Assembly (NCBI GenBank): GCA_965215605.1
Contig: OZ244070.1
Coordinates: 2,336,001 to 2,400,000, forward strand
Direction of reading: 5' to 3'
Length of the DNA stretch: 64,000 nt
From: an uncultured Candidatus Binatia bacterium
Lineage (GTDB): Bacteria > Desulfobacterota > Binatia > UBA9968 > JAJDTQ01
Positions 52,807 to 63,662 of this stretch are shown here, in pieces. The translations under genes were made by a program, and so were the position numbers. Position 1 is the first letter of the stretch. Each line of letters begins with the position of its first letter. Under the pieces are notes generated by a model, which saw only the letters and a program-made list of their open reading frames with translations, did no database searches and was not told the origin of the DNA.

Positions 52807-52843
52807 TTGGTTCCCGGTCGGACTTGCGACGGTTGGTCGCCCT

Positions 52844-53881
52844 CTACGAGTCCGGCACGAGCACCGGCTTGAGCGCCTCTCCGTCCCGGATGAGCTCGAA
52901 TCCGCGGGGCGCTTCGGACAGCGGCAGGACGTGGCTGCGGACCGGGGCGAGGTCGACGGCGCCCGTCGACAGAAGCTCGGTGGCGCGCTGCCAGGTCTGC
53001 CAGATCAGCCGCCCGTGGATGTTGTGTATCACCGGGCACTTGAGCAGCCAGTAGGTGAAATCCACGGGGATGGCCGACGGCGGGGCGCCCACCAGCCGGA
53101 AGTCGCCGCCCTTGGCGAGGGATGCGAAGACGGCGTTGAAGCCCGCCTCGGTGCCCGACAGCTCCACGCCGACATCGGCGCCCGCGCCGCCGGTCATGTC
53201 GCCCACCACCCGCGTCAAGTCCTCGCTGCCCGCATCCACCGCGCGGTCCGCGCCCATGGTTTCGGCGGCGCGGAGTCGAACCGGGTTGATGTCGCACGCG
53301 ATGACCCTGGCGGCGCCCAGGGCGCGCGCCACCGCCACCGCCATCAGCCCGATGGGCCCGCAACCGTTCACCAGCACCGACAGCCCCGAAACGCCCGCGC
53401 CCGCGAGGCAGGCATGGACGGCGATGCCGAACGGCTCGAGCATGGCCGCGGTCTCGTGCGGCAGGCCGGGCGGGTTCGCCCAGGCGATGGAGGCGGGCAC
53501 GGTCAGGCACTCGGCGAACCCGCCGTCGATGTCGATGCCCGGGTAGCGGGTGTTCTCACAGAGATGGGCGCGTCCGAGCCGGCACGACCGGCAGCGGCCG
53601 CAGAATATGTGGCTTTCGAGGCTGACCCGGTCGCCGGCCGCGAGGCCCTCGACCCCCGGACCCATGGCATCGACCGTGCCCGAGACCTCATGGCCGAGGA
53701 CCCGCGGCAGCACCATCCGGCGCGCCATGCGCGGCGCCCAGTTGTAGATCTGCATGTCGGTGCCGCAGATCCCGGCCGCGCCGACCCGGATCAATACTTC
53801 GCCGGGGCCGGGTTCGCGCGGCTCAATCTCGTGCAACGCGATGCCGCCGGCCTCGGGAGCAATTTTCTGGAGGCTCAGCAC
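52844..53881 (-). CDS. Zn-dependent dehydrogenase, threonine 3-dehydrogenase-like
   Basis: AGICGTD, LGHE, VSLESHIFCGRCRSC, GCGPIG. Confidence 0.88.
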   Translation of the reverse strand: MLSLQKIAPEAGGIALHEIEPREPGPGEVLIRVGAAGICGTDMQIYNWAPRMARRMVLPRVLGHEVSGTVDAMGPGVEGLAAGDRVSLESHIFCGRCRSCRLGRAHLCENTRYPGIDIDGGFAECLTVPASIAWANPPGLPHETAAMLEPFGIAVHACLAGAGVSGLSVLVNGCGPIGLMAVAVARALGAARVIACDINPVRLRAAETMGADRAVDAGSEDLTRVVGDMTGGAGADVGVELSGTEAGFNAVFASLAKGGDFRLVGAPPSAIPVDFTYWLLKCPVIHNIHGRLIWQTWQRATELLSTGAVDLAPVRSHVLPLSEAPRGFELIRDGEALKPVLVPDS

Positions 53882-53887
53882 GAGTTT

Positions 53888-54394
53888 CTACAGGTGATAG
53901 ATGTCCACCGGCCCTTCGAGCCGGTCGTCGATGAAGATGACCTTCTTGCGGGCGATCTTGAGCGCGCCGTCGATGCGGCTGAACGTGAAGTCGTAGCGGC
54001 TGCCGCGCGTGGCCGCGCCTTTCTTTCCATAGACGTGTACGATGCAGTTGGCGGTGGCCTCCACGGCGTCTCCCTCCGCGCTCTCCACCAGCACGTTGCC
54101 GATGACGTGCACCGTGCGGTCCAGGGGAAGCGAAGCCCAGGACTGGCGCGACTCGATGCGGAACACCCGGTCTTCGAGCCGGCCGCGGTTCTTGAGATAG
54201 ATCAGGTTGAGTTGGGTCTCGGGATCAGCGGTGGTCTCCTCCTCGCTTGCCCAGGCCGGCACCCAATACACCGCGTCTTCGGCATAGAGGTCGAGCCATT
54301 CCTCCCAGCGGCGCCGGTCCAACAGCATCGCCTCCCGGTTGATGAGGGCCGTGACTTCGCGCTCCAGCGCGGGGTGGATGCCGTCTGTGTTCAT
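53888..54394 (-). CDS. Aromatic ring-hydroxylating dioxygenase beta subunit (BenB-like)
   Basis: REAMLLD..RWEEWL.LY...YWVPAW, LEDRVFRI, C-terminal VDIYHL. Confidence 0.9.
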   Translation of the reverse strand: MNTDGIHPALEREVTALINREAMLLDRRRWEEWLDLYAEDAVYWVPAWASEEETTADPETQLNLIYLKNRGRLEDRVFRIESRQSWASLPLDRTVHVIGNVLVESAEGDAVEATANCIVHVYGKKGAATRGSRYDFTFSRIDGALKIARKKVIFIDDRLEGPVDIYHL

Positions 54395-55737
54395 GCGCCG
54401 CCGGTCCCTTGCTCCAGACGATCCAGCCAGGCGCGGTAGAAGCCGTGAAACATTCCTTCGTGGTCCCAGTCCGGGCAGGAGGACGTTGGCGCGAAGCCCA
54501 GGTCACGGGCGTCCTGATCGGGGCCGGCGACCAGGGCGGACAGGCCGCGGGTCATGTCGTTCCACTGGCTCGGCGGTCCGAGAGAGCCGTCCTGGACGGC
54601 TTCGAGCGCGGCGGCATCGTCCGATGTCGCCATCCCCGCCGTCAGGTAGAAATCCTCGAACTTCCTCAGGCGGGCGGCCCGCGCCGCCGGGCTCTCTCCC
54701 CTAGGGGCGATGCAGTAGACCGAGACCTCGGTCAAAGCGGCCGAGACCGGCTTCACCAGCCGGATCTGCGTCGACGGGTTGTCCATCAGCATCGCGTTGG
54801 GGAACAGGCAGAGGTTCCGGCCCCGGTTGAGGATCCAGTCGACCTCGGCGGGCTTGAGGTTCTCTACGAGCCACGCCCGCGCCTCGTAGATGGGGCGGAC
54901 GTGCGGCGTGATGTGCTGCGCCCACAGCCCCATGTGCCCGTTGCCGAGGTCGTAGGTGCCGCTGGGCACCTTGCCCTTGATGCGTCCGGACTCGGTCCGG
55001 CCCATGCCGGCCGTGGCGTCCCGGGCTTCACGCTGGGCCGTGGTGGCGGCGAATACGCTGTGGAGGGTGGTCACGTGGTAGCCGTCGACGCTGTTCTCGG
55101 CCTGCAGCTTCCAGTTGCCGTGGACCACGTAGGTCGAGCAGCCGGGAACGACTTCCAGCCCGTTTTGCGCTTGGTCGGCCAGGAGGTCTATCCAGCGCGC
55201 CGCGGCCGCCAGATGGTCCCGGAGCGCGGGCACATCGCTTCTCAGGCTCCCGAACACGAACCCCTTGTAGGAGTCCAGAGCACCGATCCGGCGGAGGTCG
55301 AAGCCTCCGCCCGAGCGTTCCGCAGCCGGGTAGCCCGCCTCCTCGTTCTTGATGCTGACGCAGCGTCCGCCGCGGTCGTACACCCAACCGTGGAAACGGC
55401 AGGTGAGCACATTCACATTTCCCTGCTTGAGCGGGGTCAGCACCGCGCCCCGATGGGAACAGGCGTTGATGAAGCAGCCGAGCGATCCATCCTTCTGGCG
55501 CATCACGAAGACCGGCTGGCGGCCGATCTCCGTAGCCCAATAGTCGCCCGGCTTCTCTACCTGGCTCTCGTGGCAGAGGAAGACCCACCCGCCTTCGAAT
55601 ATGCGCTCGATCTCCGCCTCGAAGACAGCCTCGTCGGTGTAGATGGACCGGTCGACTCTGAAAACTCCCTCATCGACCCGATCGTCGACCAGGTCGCGGA
55701 AGCGTATACGGCTTCGAATGGTTTCCATCATGGACAT
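54391..55737 (-). CDS. Rieske ring-hydroxylating dioxygenase alpha subunit (benzoate/anthranilate-like)
   Basis: Rieske CSH...CRFHGW; mononuclear Fe site NWKLQAENSVDGYH...H; GMATSDD. Confidence 0.92.
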   Translation of the reverse strand: MSMMETIRSRIRFRDLVDDRVDEGVFRVDRSIYTDEAVFEAEIERIFEGGWVFLCHESQVEKPGDYWATEIGRQPVFVMRQKDGSLGCFINACSHRGAVLTPLKQGNVNVLTCRFHGWVYDRGGRCVSIKNEEAGYPAAERSGGGFDLRRIGALDSYKGFVFGSLRSDVPALRDHLAAAARWIDLLADQAQNGLEVVPGCSTYVVHGNWKLQAENSVDGYHVTTLHSVFAATTAQREARDATAGMGRTESGRIKGKVPSGTYDLGNGHMGLWAQHITPHVRPIYEARAWLVENLKPAEVDWILNRGRNLCLFPNAMLMDNPSTQIRLVKPVSAALTEVSVYCIAPRGESPAARAARLRKFEDFYLTAGMATSDDAAALEAVQDGSLGPPSQWNDMTRGLSALVAGPDQDARDLGFAPTSSCPDWDHEGMFHGFYRAWLDRLEQGTGGA

Positions 55738-55771
55738 CGCACACTTCCCCTTCGCCGGAAAGCGGAGCGTC

Positions 55772-56944
55772 TCACGCTCCAGCGTACACCCTCTCGATAG
55801 CGCCCACCGCCTCCTCCACCGGCACGTTTGCGCCTTCTTCCTTGAGTATCCGGCCCAGCGCCCCCACCAGCGCCACCACGTTTTCCCTCCGGCTCGACTC
55901 CCCCATAAGCCCGATGCGCCAGGTCTTGCCGGCGAGGGCGCCGAGGCCGCCGCCGATCTCGATGTTGAAGTCCAGCAACAGCCGCTTCCGGAGGGCGGCG
56001 TCGTTGACGCCCTCGGGGATCTTGACGCTGTTGAGCATCCACAGGCGGTGGCCTTCCTGGGAGGCCACCGGGATGCCCAGCACCTCCAGGCCGGCCACCA
56101 GCGCCCGGTGGTTCAACTCGTGGCGCGCGAAACGGGCTTCCATGCCTTCCTTCTCGACCTCGCTCAGAGCCGCGTGCAGGCCGTAGTTCATGGAGATGGG
56201 GGCGGTGTGGTGGTAGGCCCGGTCCTCGCCCCAGTAGCGAGCGATCATGGTGAGGTCGAGATACCAGCTCTTGACCTTGCCCTTGCGCCGGTCCAGCTTG
56301 TCGCGGGCGGCCTGGTTGAAGGACACGGGGGACAGTCCGGGAGGACAGCTCAGGCACTTCTGGGTGCCGCTGTAGGCGGCGTCCACGTTCCAGGCGTCCA
56401 GGGTCACCGGGCAGCCTCCCAACGAGGTGACGGTGTCCAGTACCAGCAGGGCGCCGGCATCGTGGGCGAGCCGGGAGATCTCTTCCACCGGCTGCCACAC
56501 CCCGGTGGAGGTCTCGGCGTGTACCAGGGTGACGATGTCGACCTTGTTGTCCTTGAGGGCCTGCTCCACCTGCTCGGGCCGGATGATCTCGCCCCAGGGG
56601 GCCTCCACCTTCACCAGGTTTCCGCCCAAGCGCTCGACGATGTCCGCCATGCGGGTGCCGAAGACGCCGTTGACGCACACCAGCACGGTGTCGCCTTCTT
56701 CGATGAGGTTCACGAGGCAGGTCTCCATGCCGGCGCTGCCGGTGCCCGACACCGGAAAGGTCAACTCGTTCTCGGTGTGGAACAGCCAGCGCAGCATGGC
56801 CTTGCTCTCTTCCATGACCTTGAAGAATTCAGGGTCCAGATGGCCGACGACCGGAGCCGACAGCGCCTTCAGCACGTTGGGATGCGGGTTGCTGGGGCCG
56901 GGTCCGAGAAGAATTCTCCGGGGCGGGTTCAACGGTGAAGCCAT
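55772..56944 (-). CDS. Alanine--glyoxylate / serine--pyruvate aminotransferase (class V PLP)
   Basis: LLGPGPSN, SGTGSAGME, HAETSTG, DTVTSLGG, SGTQKCLSCPPG, YHHT. Confidence 0.94.
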   Translation of the reverse strand: MASPLNPPRRILLGPGPSNPHPNVLKALSAPVVGHLDPEFFKVMEESKAMLRWLFHTENELTFPVSGTGSAGMETCLVNLIEEGDTVLVCVNGVFGTRMADIVERLGGNLVKVEAPWGEIIRPEQVEQALKDNKVDIVTLVHAETSTGVWQPVEEISRLAHDAGALLVLDTVTSLGGCPVTLDAWNVDAAYSGTQKCLSCPPGLSPVSFNQAARDKLDRRKGKVKSWYLDLTMIARYWGEDRAYHHTAPISMNYGLHAALSEVEKEGMEARFARHELNHRALVAGLEVLGIPVASQEGHRLWMLNSVKIPEGVNDAALRKRLLLDFNIEIGGGLGALAGKTWRIGLMGESSRRENVVALVGALGRILKEEGANVPVEEAVGAIERVYAGA

Positions 56945-57075
56945 GCGGTTGCTCCTTGGGCTGTTGGCGATTTTCCTTGGGTTTCTTTGTTTGTGGGCAG
57001 CTTGGGCGCGGTGTATCCTGAAATTTTTCAAGGTAATAGCACCCGCGAAGCGGGGCGACAAACCTTCCTGCCTTC

Positions 57076-58482
57076 ATGAGCCTCGACCAAAAGCTGGCGG
57101 AGACCCTGGTGCGGAACCGCATGCTGGCGCCCGGCGACGCGGTGCTGGCGGGCGTGTCCGGCGGGCCGGATTCCGTCGCGTTGCTGCGCGTCCTCCACGA
57201 GATCGGCCCTTCCCTCCGCCTGCGTCTGGAGGTGGCCCACGTCGACCACGGCATCCGCGGGCACGAGAGCCGGCAGGACGCCGAGTTCGTCCGCGGCATG
57301 GCCTCCGCCCTATCGCTGCCCTTCCATCTGAGGCGCCTGGAACTGACGCTTTCCGGCGAGCACCGTGGCGCCGCGAACGTGGAGGCTCTGGCCCGGGAAC
57401 AGCGCTACCGGTTCTTCGCCGAGGTGGCCGCGAAGCAGGGTATCCGCAAGGTCGCGGTGGGCCACAACCGCGGCGACCAGGTGGAGACCATGCTGATGTG
57501 GCTGCTCCGTGGCTGCGGCCCGGAGGGGCTGACCGGCATGCCGGCAATGCGGGCCTTGGTGCCTGGTGCTGCCGGGGCCGGAGCAACGCTGCTGATCCGG
57601 CCTTTGCTGGAGGTCTCCCGCGACGAAATCCTCGAATATCTCACCGCCCGGGGGCTGGACTACCGCGAGGACCGCACCAACCGCGACATGCGGTACCTTC
57701 GAAACTGGATCCGCGGGGCGCTGTTGCCTGAACTAGGGAGCCGGAGTGGCGGCAGCCTGGAAAGCCGGCTCGCGCGGCTCGGCGGGATGCTGCGGTCCGA
57801 CCTTGTGTTGCTGGAACGGCAGGCGGCAGAGGCCTACCCGCGAGTCGCCAGGGGCGACACCCTGGACCGGGCTGCCTTTCTGGCACTGGAACCCGAGTTC
57901 CGGCCCCGGATGGTGCGATTCTGGCTGAACCGCGGCCTGGGAACGCTCCGGCGCCTCGGTTTCGCCCACGTGGACGCGGTCCTCCGGGTCATCGCCGGAA
58001 CCCGTCCCCACGGCCGGGTGTCACTCCCTGGCGGCTGGACGGCTGTCCGGGAGTATGATTCCGTGCGCTTGATCCGCGCCCCTGGTCCGCGGGTGGAGGA
58101 CTACTCCTACCCGCTCCCGCTGGAGGGCGAGGTAGTGGTCCCGGAGGCCGGGGTCCGGGTCACGGCGTGGCGCTCCACCGCTTCGGAGACGCCGGAAGGC
58201 GGCCTCGAGGCCGCCTTCGACCTCTCATGCCTCGAGCGGCACGGCGGAGAGCCCCGGTTGCGCAACTTCCGCCCCGGGGACCGGTTCCGGCCCCTGGGCA
58301 TGGCCGGCCACAAGAAGCTCAAGGACCTCTTCATCGAAAGGAAGGTCCCGCGCTCCCGGCGCCGGACCCTGCCCCTGCTCCTGGTGGGGGAGGAGATCCT
58401 GTGGGTCCCCGGCTGCGCCCGCAGTGATTTCGCGAGGTTGGGACCCGACACCGGGGCGGTCTGGCGAGTGAGGATCTGGTAG
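57076..58482 (+). CDS. tilS: tRNA(Ile)-lysidine synthetase
   Basis: SGGPDS, HVDHGIRG, AREQRY, HNRGDQVET, IRPLL, RNWIR, C-terminal KKLKDLF. Confidence 0.96.
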   Translation: MSLDQKLAETLVRNRMLAPGDAVLAGVSGGPDSVALLRVLHEIGPSLRLRLEVAHVDHGIRGHESRQDAEFVRGMASALSLPFHLRRLELTLSGEHRGAANVEALAREQRYRFFAEVAAKQGIRKVAVGHNRGDQVETMLMWLLRGCGPEGLTGMPAMRALVPGAAGAGATLLIRPLLEVSRDEILEYLTARGLDYREDRTNRDMRYLRNWIRGALLPELGSRSGGSLESRLARLGGMLRSDLVLLERQAAEAYPRVARGDTLDRAAFLALEPEFRPRMVRFWLNRGLGTLRRLGFAHVDAVLRVIAGTRPHGRVSLPGGWTAVREYDSVRLIRAPGPRVEDYSYPLPLEGEVVVPEAGVRVTAWRSTASETPEGGLEAAFDLSCLERHGGEPRLRNFRPGDRFRPLGMAGHKKLKDLFIERKVPRSRRRTLPLLLVGEEILWVPGCARSDFARLGPDTGAVWRVRIW

Positions 58483-58619
58483 GGTTTCCGGCAGGGCCGC
58501 CGGGCCGCGCTCCAGAGGCCTATCGGTTGACTTGGACCGTTCCCGTTCTTATGGAATTGAAGTAGCCATACCCCTATGTTAACTTTTTCCAGGGAAAGAG
58601 ACGGTTGGAGAAACCCCCT

Positions 58620-60452
58620 TTGAACCAAGCTACCAAAAACCTCGCCCTCTGGCTCGTCCTGGGGTTGATGTTCCTGTTGTTGTTCAACGTCTTCACGCGG
58701 CAGCAGGGCCGCGACCCCGAGATGGTCTTCAGCGAATTCTGGTCCGCGGTAGAAAGCGAACAGGTCGAGGAAGTCACGATTCAGGGCCAGTACGTCCAGG
58801 GGAGGCTGAAGAACGGAGACCGTTTCCGTACTTTCTCGCCCAACGACCCGGAGTTGGTGAAGACGTTGCGGGAGAAGCATGTCCGCATCGCCGCCAAGCC
58901 CGAGGACGATTCCCCCTGGTACTTCGTGCTGCTGGTGAACTGGTTCCCCATGCTGCTCCTGGTGGGCGTGTGGATCTTCTTCATGCGGCAGATGCAGGCG
59001 GGGGGCGGCAAGGCCATGTCCTTCGGCAAGAGCCGGGCGCGCCTGCTGAACGAGAACCAGGCGCGGGTCACGTTCAGCGACGTGGCCGGGGTGGACGAAG
59101 CCAAGGACGAGCTGGAGGAAGTCATCGCGTTCCTGAAGGACCCCAAGAAGTTCACCCGCTTGGGCGGACGCATCCCCAAGGGCTGCCTGCTGGTGGGCCC
59201 GCCGGGCACCGGCAAGACCCTGCTGGCCCGGGCCATCGCGGGTGAGGCCGGGGTGCCCTTCTTCAGCATCAGCGGCTCGGATTTCGTCGAGATGTTCGTG
59301 GGCGTGGGCGCCTCGCGGGTGCGGGACCTGTTCGTTCAGGCCAAGAAGCAGGCGCCGTGCATCGTCTTCGTGGACGAGATCGACGCGGTCGGACGCCAGC
59401 GCGGCGCCGGACTCGGCGGCGGCCACGATGAGCGGGAGCAGACCCTCAACCAGTTGCTGGTGGAGATGGACGGGTTCGAGGCCAACGACGGCGTGATCCT
59501 CATCGCCGCCACCAACCGGCCCGACGTCCTGGACCCGGCGTTGCTGCGGCCGGGCCGGTTCGACCGCCGGGTGGTGGTGCCGCGGCCCGACATCAAGGGA
59601 CGAGAAGGCATCCTGGCCGTGCACAGCCGCCGGGTGCCGCTGGAGAACGACGTGGACATCCGGGTGCTGGCCCGGGGGACGCCCGGTTTTGCCGGCGCGG
59701 ACCTCGAGAACCTGGTCAACGAGGCGGCCCTGCTGGCGGCGCGGAACGACAAGGAAAAGGTCAACATGAACGACTTTGAGATCGCCAAGGACAAAGTCAT
59801 GATGGGGACCGAGCGCAAGAGCATGATCATCAGCGACGAGGAGAAGCGGAACACCGCCTATCACGAGTCCGGTCATGCGCTGGTGGCGAAGCTTCTGCCG
59901 GGTGCAGACCCGGTCCACAAGGTGACCATCATCCCGCGCGGCATGGCGCTGGGCCTCACCCAGCAGCTTCCCGTGGACGAGCGCCACAGCCAGGACAAGC
60001 AGTATCTGCTGAACAACGTGACCATCCTGTTCGGCGGGCGGGTCGCGGAAGAGTTGATCCTCGACCACATGACCACGGGCGCCGGCAACGACATCGAGCG
60101 CGCCACCGAGATCGCTCACCGGATGGTCTGCGAGTGGGGCATGAGCGAGAAGCTGGGGCCCATGACCTTCGGCAAGAAGGAAGAGCAGATCTTTCTCGGC
60201 CGTGACTTCACCCAGCAACAGGACTACTCGGAAAGCACCGCGGTGGAGATCGACAGGGAGGTCCGGAGCATCATCCAGGGGTGCTACGAAAAGGCCAGGG
60301 ATATCCTGACCACCCACCTCGAGCTCTTGCACCGGGTCGCCATGGAGCTGCTGGAGAAGGAAGTGCTGGACGGCGCGGAGATCGATGTCATCGTCAAGGC
60401 ATACATGGCGGACAGCGGTCCCGACCTGCCCACGACACCCGTTCCCGCGTAG
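58620..60452 (+). CDS. ftsH: ATP-dependent zinc metalloprotease FtsH
   Basis: Two TM segments, [30 protein letters not shown]. Confidence 0.98.
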   Translation: MNQATKNLALWLVLGLMFLLLFNVFTRQQGRDPEMVFSEFWSAVESEQVEEVTIQGQYVQGRLKNGDRFRTFSPNDPELVKTLREKHVRIAAKPEDDSPWYFVLLVNWFPMLLLVGVWIFFMRQMQAGGGKAMSFGKSRARLLNENQARVTFSDVAGVDEAKDELEEVIAFLKDPKKFTRLGGRIPKGCLLVGPPGTGKTLLARAIAGEAGVPFFSISGSDFVEMFVGVGASRVRDLFVQAKKQAPCIVFVDEIDAVGRQRGAGLGGGHDEREQTLNQLLVEMDGFEANDGVILIAATNRPDVLDPALLRPGRFDRRVVVPRPDIKGREGILAVHSRRVPLENDVDIRVLARGTPGFAGADLENLVNEAALLAARNDKEKVNMNDFEIAKDKVMMGTERKSMIISDEEKRNTAYHESGHALVAKLLPGADPVHKVTIIPRGMALGLTQQLPVDERHSQDKQYLLNNVTILFGGRVAEELILDHMTTGAGNDIERATEIAHRMVCEWGMSEKLGPMTFGKKEEQIFLGRDFTQQQDYSESTAVEIDREVRSIIQGCYEKARDILTTHLELLHRVAMELLEKEVLDGAEIDVIVKAYMADSGPDLPTTPVPA

Positions 60453-60520
60453 GGGCGGGCATTCAAACCCGCCCGCGCCCTCATAGCGCTATTCAGGGGC
60501 GGGCTTGAACCCCGCCCCTG
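60449..60520. repeat. Pair of GTAG-type REP-like palindromes
   Basis: GTAGGGGCGGGCATTCAAACCCGCCC and CAGGGGCGGGCTTGAACCCCGCCCCTG. Confidence 0.65.
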
Positions 60521-60554
60521 CCATTTTCCAGAGTCCGACTTCCAGAGTCCAACC

Positions 60555-61490
60555 ATGCGTACCAAGGCAAGCCGGTCCGAGCCGTCACCGTTCGCCGACT
60601 TCGGTCCGGGGCCGGACGCGATGCTGGCAACGCGCCACGGGCCGGTGGACATGCGCGGCTGCACGGCCGTGATGGGGATCCTCAACGTCACCCCCGATTC
60701 CTTCGCCGACGGTGGCCGCTACCCGGATGTCGATGCCGCGGTGGCCCGGGGGGTGGAGATGGCCCGCCAGGGCGCGAGCATCGTGGACGTGGGCGGAGAG
60801 TCGACCCGGCCGGGCGCGGCCGCGGTCTCGGCGGCCGAGGAGCTCGACCGGGTGCTGCCGGTGGTCCGCGGGCTTCGGCAACGGACGCCGGTGCCCATCA
60901 GTATCGACACCTACAAGGCGGAGGTGGCACGGCGGGCGCTGGACGAGGGCGCGGACATGGTGAACGACATCAGCGCGCTGCGGTTCGATCCGGCCATGGC
61001 CGGGCTAGTGGCGGCCGAGGACGTTCCGGTGGTGTTGATGCACATGCAGGGCCGGCCCCGCACCATGCAGGTGGCGCCGCGCTACGACGACGTGGTCCGC
61101 GAGGTCGCCGACTTTCTGCGGGAGCGTGTCGCCCATGCCGTGAAGAGCGGCGTCGGACCGGAGCGGATCGTGGTGGACCCGGGCATCGGCTTCGGCAAGG
61201 GACTGGAGCACAACCTGGCGTTGTTGCGGCACCTGCGCGCGCTCGGGGAGCTGGGCCGGCCGGTGCTGGTGGGCCTGTCCCGCAAGTCGTTTATCGGCCG
61301 GATCGAGGAAGCCGCACCCGCCGGACCGGCCGGCCGGCTGGAGGGGAGCCTCGCCGGGGCGGCCGCGGCGGTGCTGGCGGGAGCCCACATGGTGCGGGTC
61401 CACGACGTGGCGGAGACCTTGAGGGCGGTGCGGGTGGCGGACGCGGTCCGCGGCGCGTCCGGGAGGTTCAGACTGCTGACTCAGTCATAG
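60555..61490 (+). CDS. folP: Dihydropteroate synthase
   Basis: MGILNVTPDSFADGG, DVGGESTRPG, DPGIGFGK, SRKSF, RVHDV. Confidence 0.97.
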   Translation: MRTKASRSEPSPFADFGPGPDAMLATRHGPVDMRGCTAVMGILNVTPDSFADGGRYPDVDAAVARGVEMARQGASIVDVGGESTRPGAAAVSAAEELDRVLPVVRGLRQRTPVPISIDTYKAEVARRALDEGADMVNDISALRFDPAMAGLVAAEDVPVVLMHMQGRPRTMQVAPRYDDVVREVADFLRERVAHAVKSGVGPERIVVDPGIGFGKGLEHNLALLRHLRALGELGRPVLVGLSRKSFIGRIEEAAPAGPAGRLEGSLAGAAAAVLAGAHMVRVHDVAETLRAVRVADAVRGASGRFRLLTQS

Positions 61491-61497
61491 GGGGCCC

Positions 61498-62931
61498 ATG
61501 ACATCCAACGGACCACAAGCGTTTGCGGCCCGCCGCCGGTTGTTCGGCACCGACGGAATCCGGGGCACCGCCAACCAGGAGCCCATGACCTCGGAGACGT
61601 CGCTGAGGCTGGGCCGGGCCATCGCCGAGGTGGTCGGCGGCCCGGGCGCGGGCAAGGCCGGGCGCGCCGCCCTCGGACGAAAGCGCACCCACCGGCGGCG
61701 CATCCTCATCGGCAAGGACACCCGCCTGTCGGGCTACATGTTCGAGACCGCGCTGGCCTCGGGGATCTGCTCCATGGGGACGGACGTCCTGCTGGTGGGT
61801 CCGCTGCCGACCCCGGCCGTGGCGTTCCTCACCCGCAGCATGCGCGCGGACGCCGGGGTGGTGATCTCGGCCTCCCACAACTCCTACCAGGACAACGGCA
61901 TCAAGTTCTTCTCCAGCGATGGGTTCAAGCTCCCGGATGAGTGGGAACGGCGCATGGAGGACCTGGTCCTGAACGGGGAATACGGCGGGCACCGGCCCGC
62001 GGCCACGGATATCGGCAAGGCGTACCGCATCGCCGACGCCCTGGGGAGGACCATCGACTTCCTCAAGAGCACGTTCCCCGGGCACCTGACGCTGGAAGGC
62101 CTCAAGGTCGTGGTGGACTGCGCCAACGGCGCGGCGTACCGGGCGGCGCCGGACGTCTTGAGGGAGCTCGGGGCCGAGGTCATTCCGGTGGCGGTGGAGC
62201 CCGACGGCACCAACATCAACCTGGATTGCGGCTCGGTGCACCCGGAGACGGCCCGGGCGGCGCTCCTGGAGCACGGCGCGGACCTGGCGGTGTGCCTGGA
62301 CGGCGACGCCGACCGGGCGCTGTTCATCGACGAGAAGGGCGCGCCGGTGGACGGCGACGAGGTGCTGGCCATGTGCGCCATCGAGATGAAGCGCGCCGGC
62401 CGGCTGCCCACCGGCGCCGTGGTGGCGACGGTGATGAGCAACATGGGGCTCGACGTCGGCCTCCGGGAGCATGGCATCGAAGTCCTCCGTACGGGCATCG
62501 GCGACCGTTACGTGGTGGAGGCCATGCGCCAGGGCGGCCACAACCTCGGCGGCGAGCAGTCCGGACACCTGGTGTTCCTGGACCACAACACCACGGGCGA
62601 CGGCTGTCTCACGGCGCTGCAGGTGCTGGCCCTGATGATCGAGCAGGAGAAGCCCCTGAGCGAGCTTCGCCGCGGCATGGGCAAGCTCCCCCAAGTGGTG
62701 GTGAACGTGCCGGTGCGCGAGAAGCGTCCTCTCCCCGAGCTGGTCCGGGTGCAGGCGCGCATAACCGAGAGCGAGCACCTGCTGGACGGCCGGGGCCGGG
62801 TCCTGGTGCGCTACTCCGGCACCGAGCCGCTGGCCCGGGTGATGCTCGAGGGAGAGTCGGAGGATGAGATACGGCGGCTGGCGCAAGGGATCGCCGACGC
62901 CATCCAGGCCGATCTGGGGGTCCCGGCGTGA
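61498..62931 (+). CDS. glmM: Phosphoglucosamine mutase
   Basis: LFGTDGIRG, ISASHN, DGDADR, GGEQSGH, RYSGTEP. Confidence 0.97.
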   Translation: MTSNGPQAFAARRRLFGTDGIRGTANQEPMTSETSLRLGRAIAEVVGGPGAGKAGRAALGRKRTHRRRILIGKDTRLSGYMFETALASGICSMGTDVLLVGPLPTPAVAFLTRSMRADAGVVISASHNSYQDNGIKFFSSDGFKLPDEWERRMEDLVLNGEYGGHRPAATDIGKAYRIADALGRTIDFLKSTFPGHLTLEGLKVVVDCANGAAYRAAPDVLRELGAEVIPVAVEPDGTNINLDCGSVHPETARAALLEHGADLAVCLDGDADRALFIDEKGAPVDGDEVLAMCAIEMKRAGRLPTGAVVATVMSNMGLDVGLREHGIEVLRTGIGDRYVVEAMRQGGHNLGGEQSGHLVFLDHNTTGDGCLTALQVLALMIEQEKPLSELRRGMGKLPQVVVNVPVREKRPLPELVRVQARITESEHLLDGRGRVLVRYSGTEPLARVMLEGESEDEIRRLAQGIADAIQADLGVPA

Positions 62932-63659
62932 CGCGTCTCGGAGTGAACGTGGATCACGTGGCCACCGTGCGGCAGGCGCGGATGATCGACATCCCGGATC
63001 CGGTGGAGGCGGCGCTGCTGGCCGAGCAGGCGGGCGCCGAGGTCATCACCGTGCACCTCCGCGAGGACCGCCGGCATATCCAGGAACGGGACGTGGCCCG
63101 GCTGCGGCAGCGGCTGACCGCCGCGCTCAATCTCGAGATGGCCGGCACCCCGGAAATGACCCGGCAGGCGCTGACGCTCAAGCCTGACGACGCCTGCCTC
63201 GTGCCCGAGCGGCGGGAGGAGCTGACCACCGAGGGCGGGCTCGACGTGGTGGCCTACGCGAGGCAGCTCCGGGACGTGGTGTCCCGTCTCCGGGACGCGG
63301 AGATTCGCGTGAGCCTGTTCGTGGATCCCGACCTGAAACAGCTCGAAGCCAGCCGGGATCTGGGCGCAGACGCCGTGGAAATCCACACCGGGGCTTACGC
63401 CAACGCCGGCGGGGCACGCCTGGAGCAGGAGCTCGAGGCGGTGCGCCGAGGCGCGGCGCTGGCGGCGGGCATGGGCCTCGAGGTTCACGGCGGTCACGGC
63501 CTCAATGCCGCCAACGTCGCTCCCATCGCGGCCATCGGGGAGATCGTCGAGCTCAACATTGGACACAGCATCGTCGCCCGCTCCATCATGGTGGGCATGG
63601 TCCGGGCGGTGACGGAGATGAAGGCCCTCATCGCCGAGGCGGATCGGACCGGTCACTGA
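62928..63659 (+). CDS. pdxJ: Pyridoxine 5'-phosphate synthase
   Basis: LGVNVDHVATVRQAR, HLREDRRHI, ELTTEGGLD, GHGL, ELNIGHSI. Confidence 0.98.
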   Translation: MTRLGVNVDHVATVRQARMIDIPDPVEAALLAEQAGAEVITVHLREDRRHIQERDVARLRQRLTAALNLEMAGTPEMTRQALTLKPDDACLVPERREELTTEGGLDVVAYARQLRDVVSRLRDAEIRVSLFVDPDLKQLEASRDLGADAVEIHTGAYANAGGARLEQELEAVRRGAALAAGMGLEVHGGHGLNAANVAPIAAIGEIVELNIGHSIVARSIMVGMVRAVTEMKALIAEADRTGH

Positions 63660-63662
63660 CTC

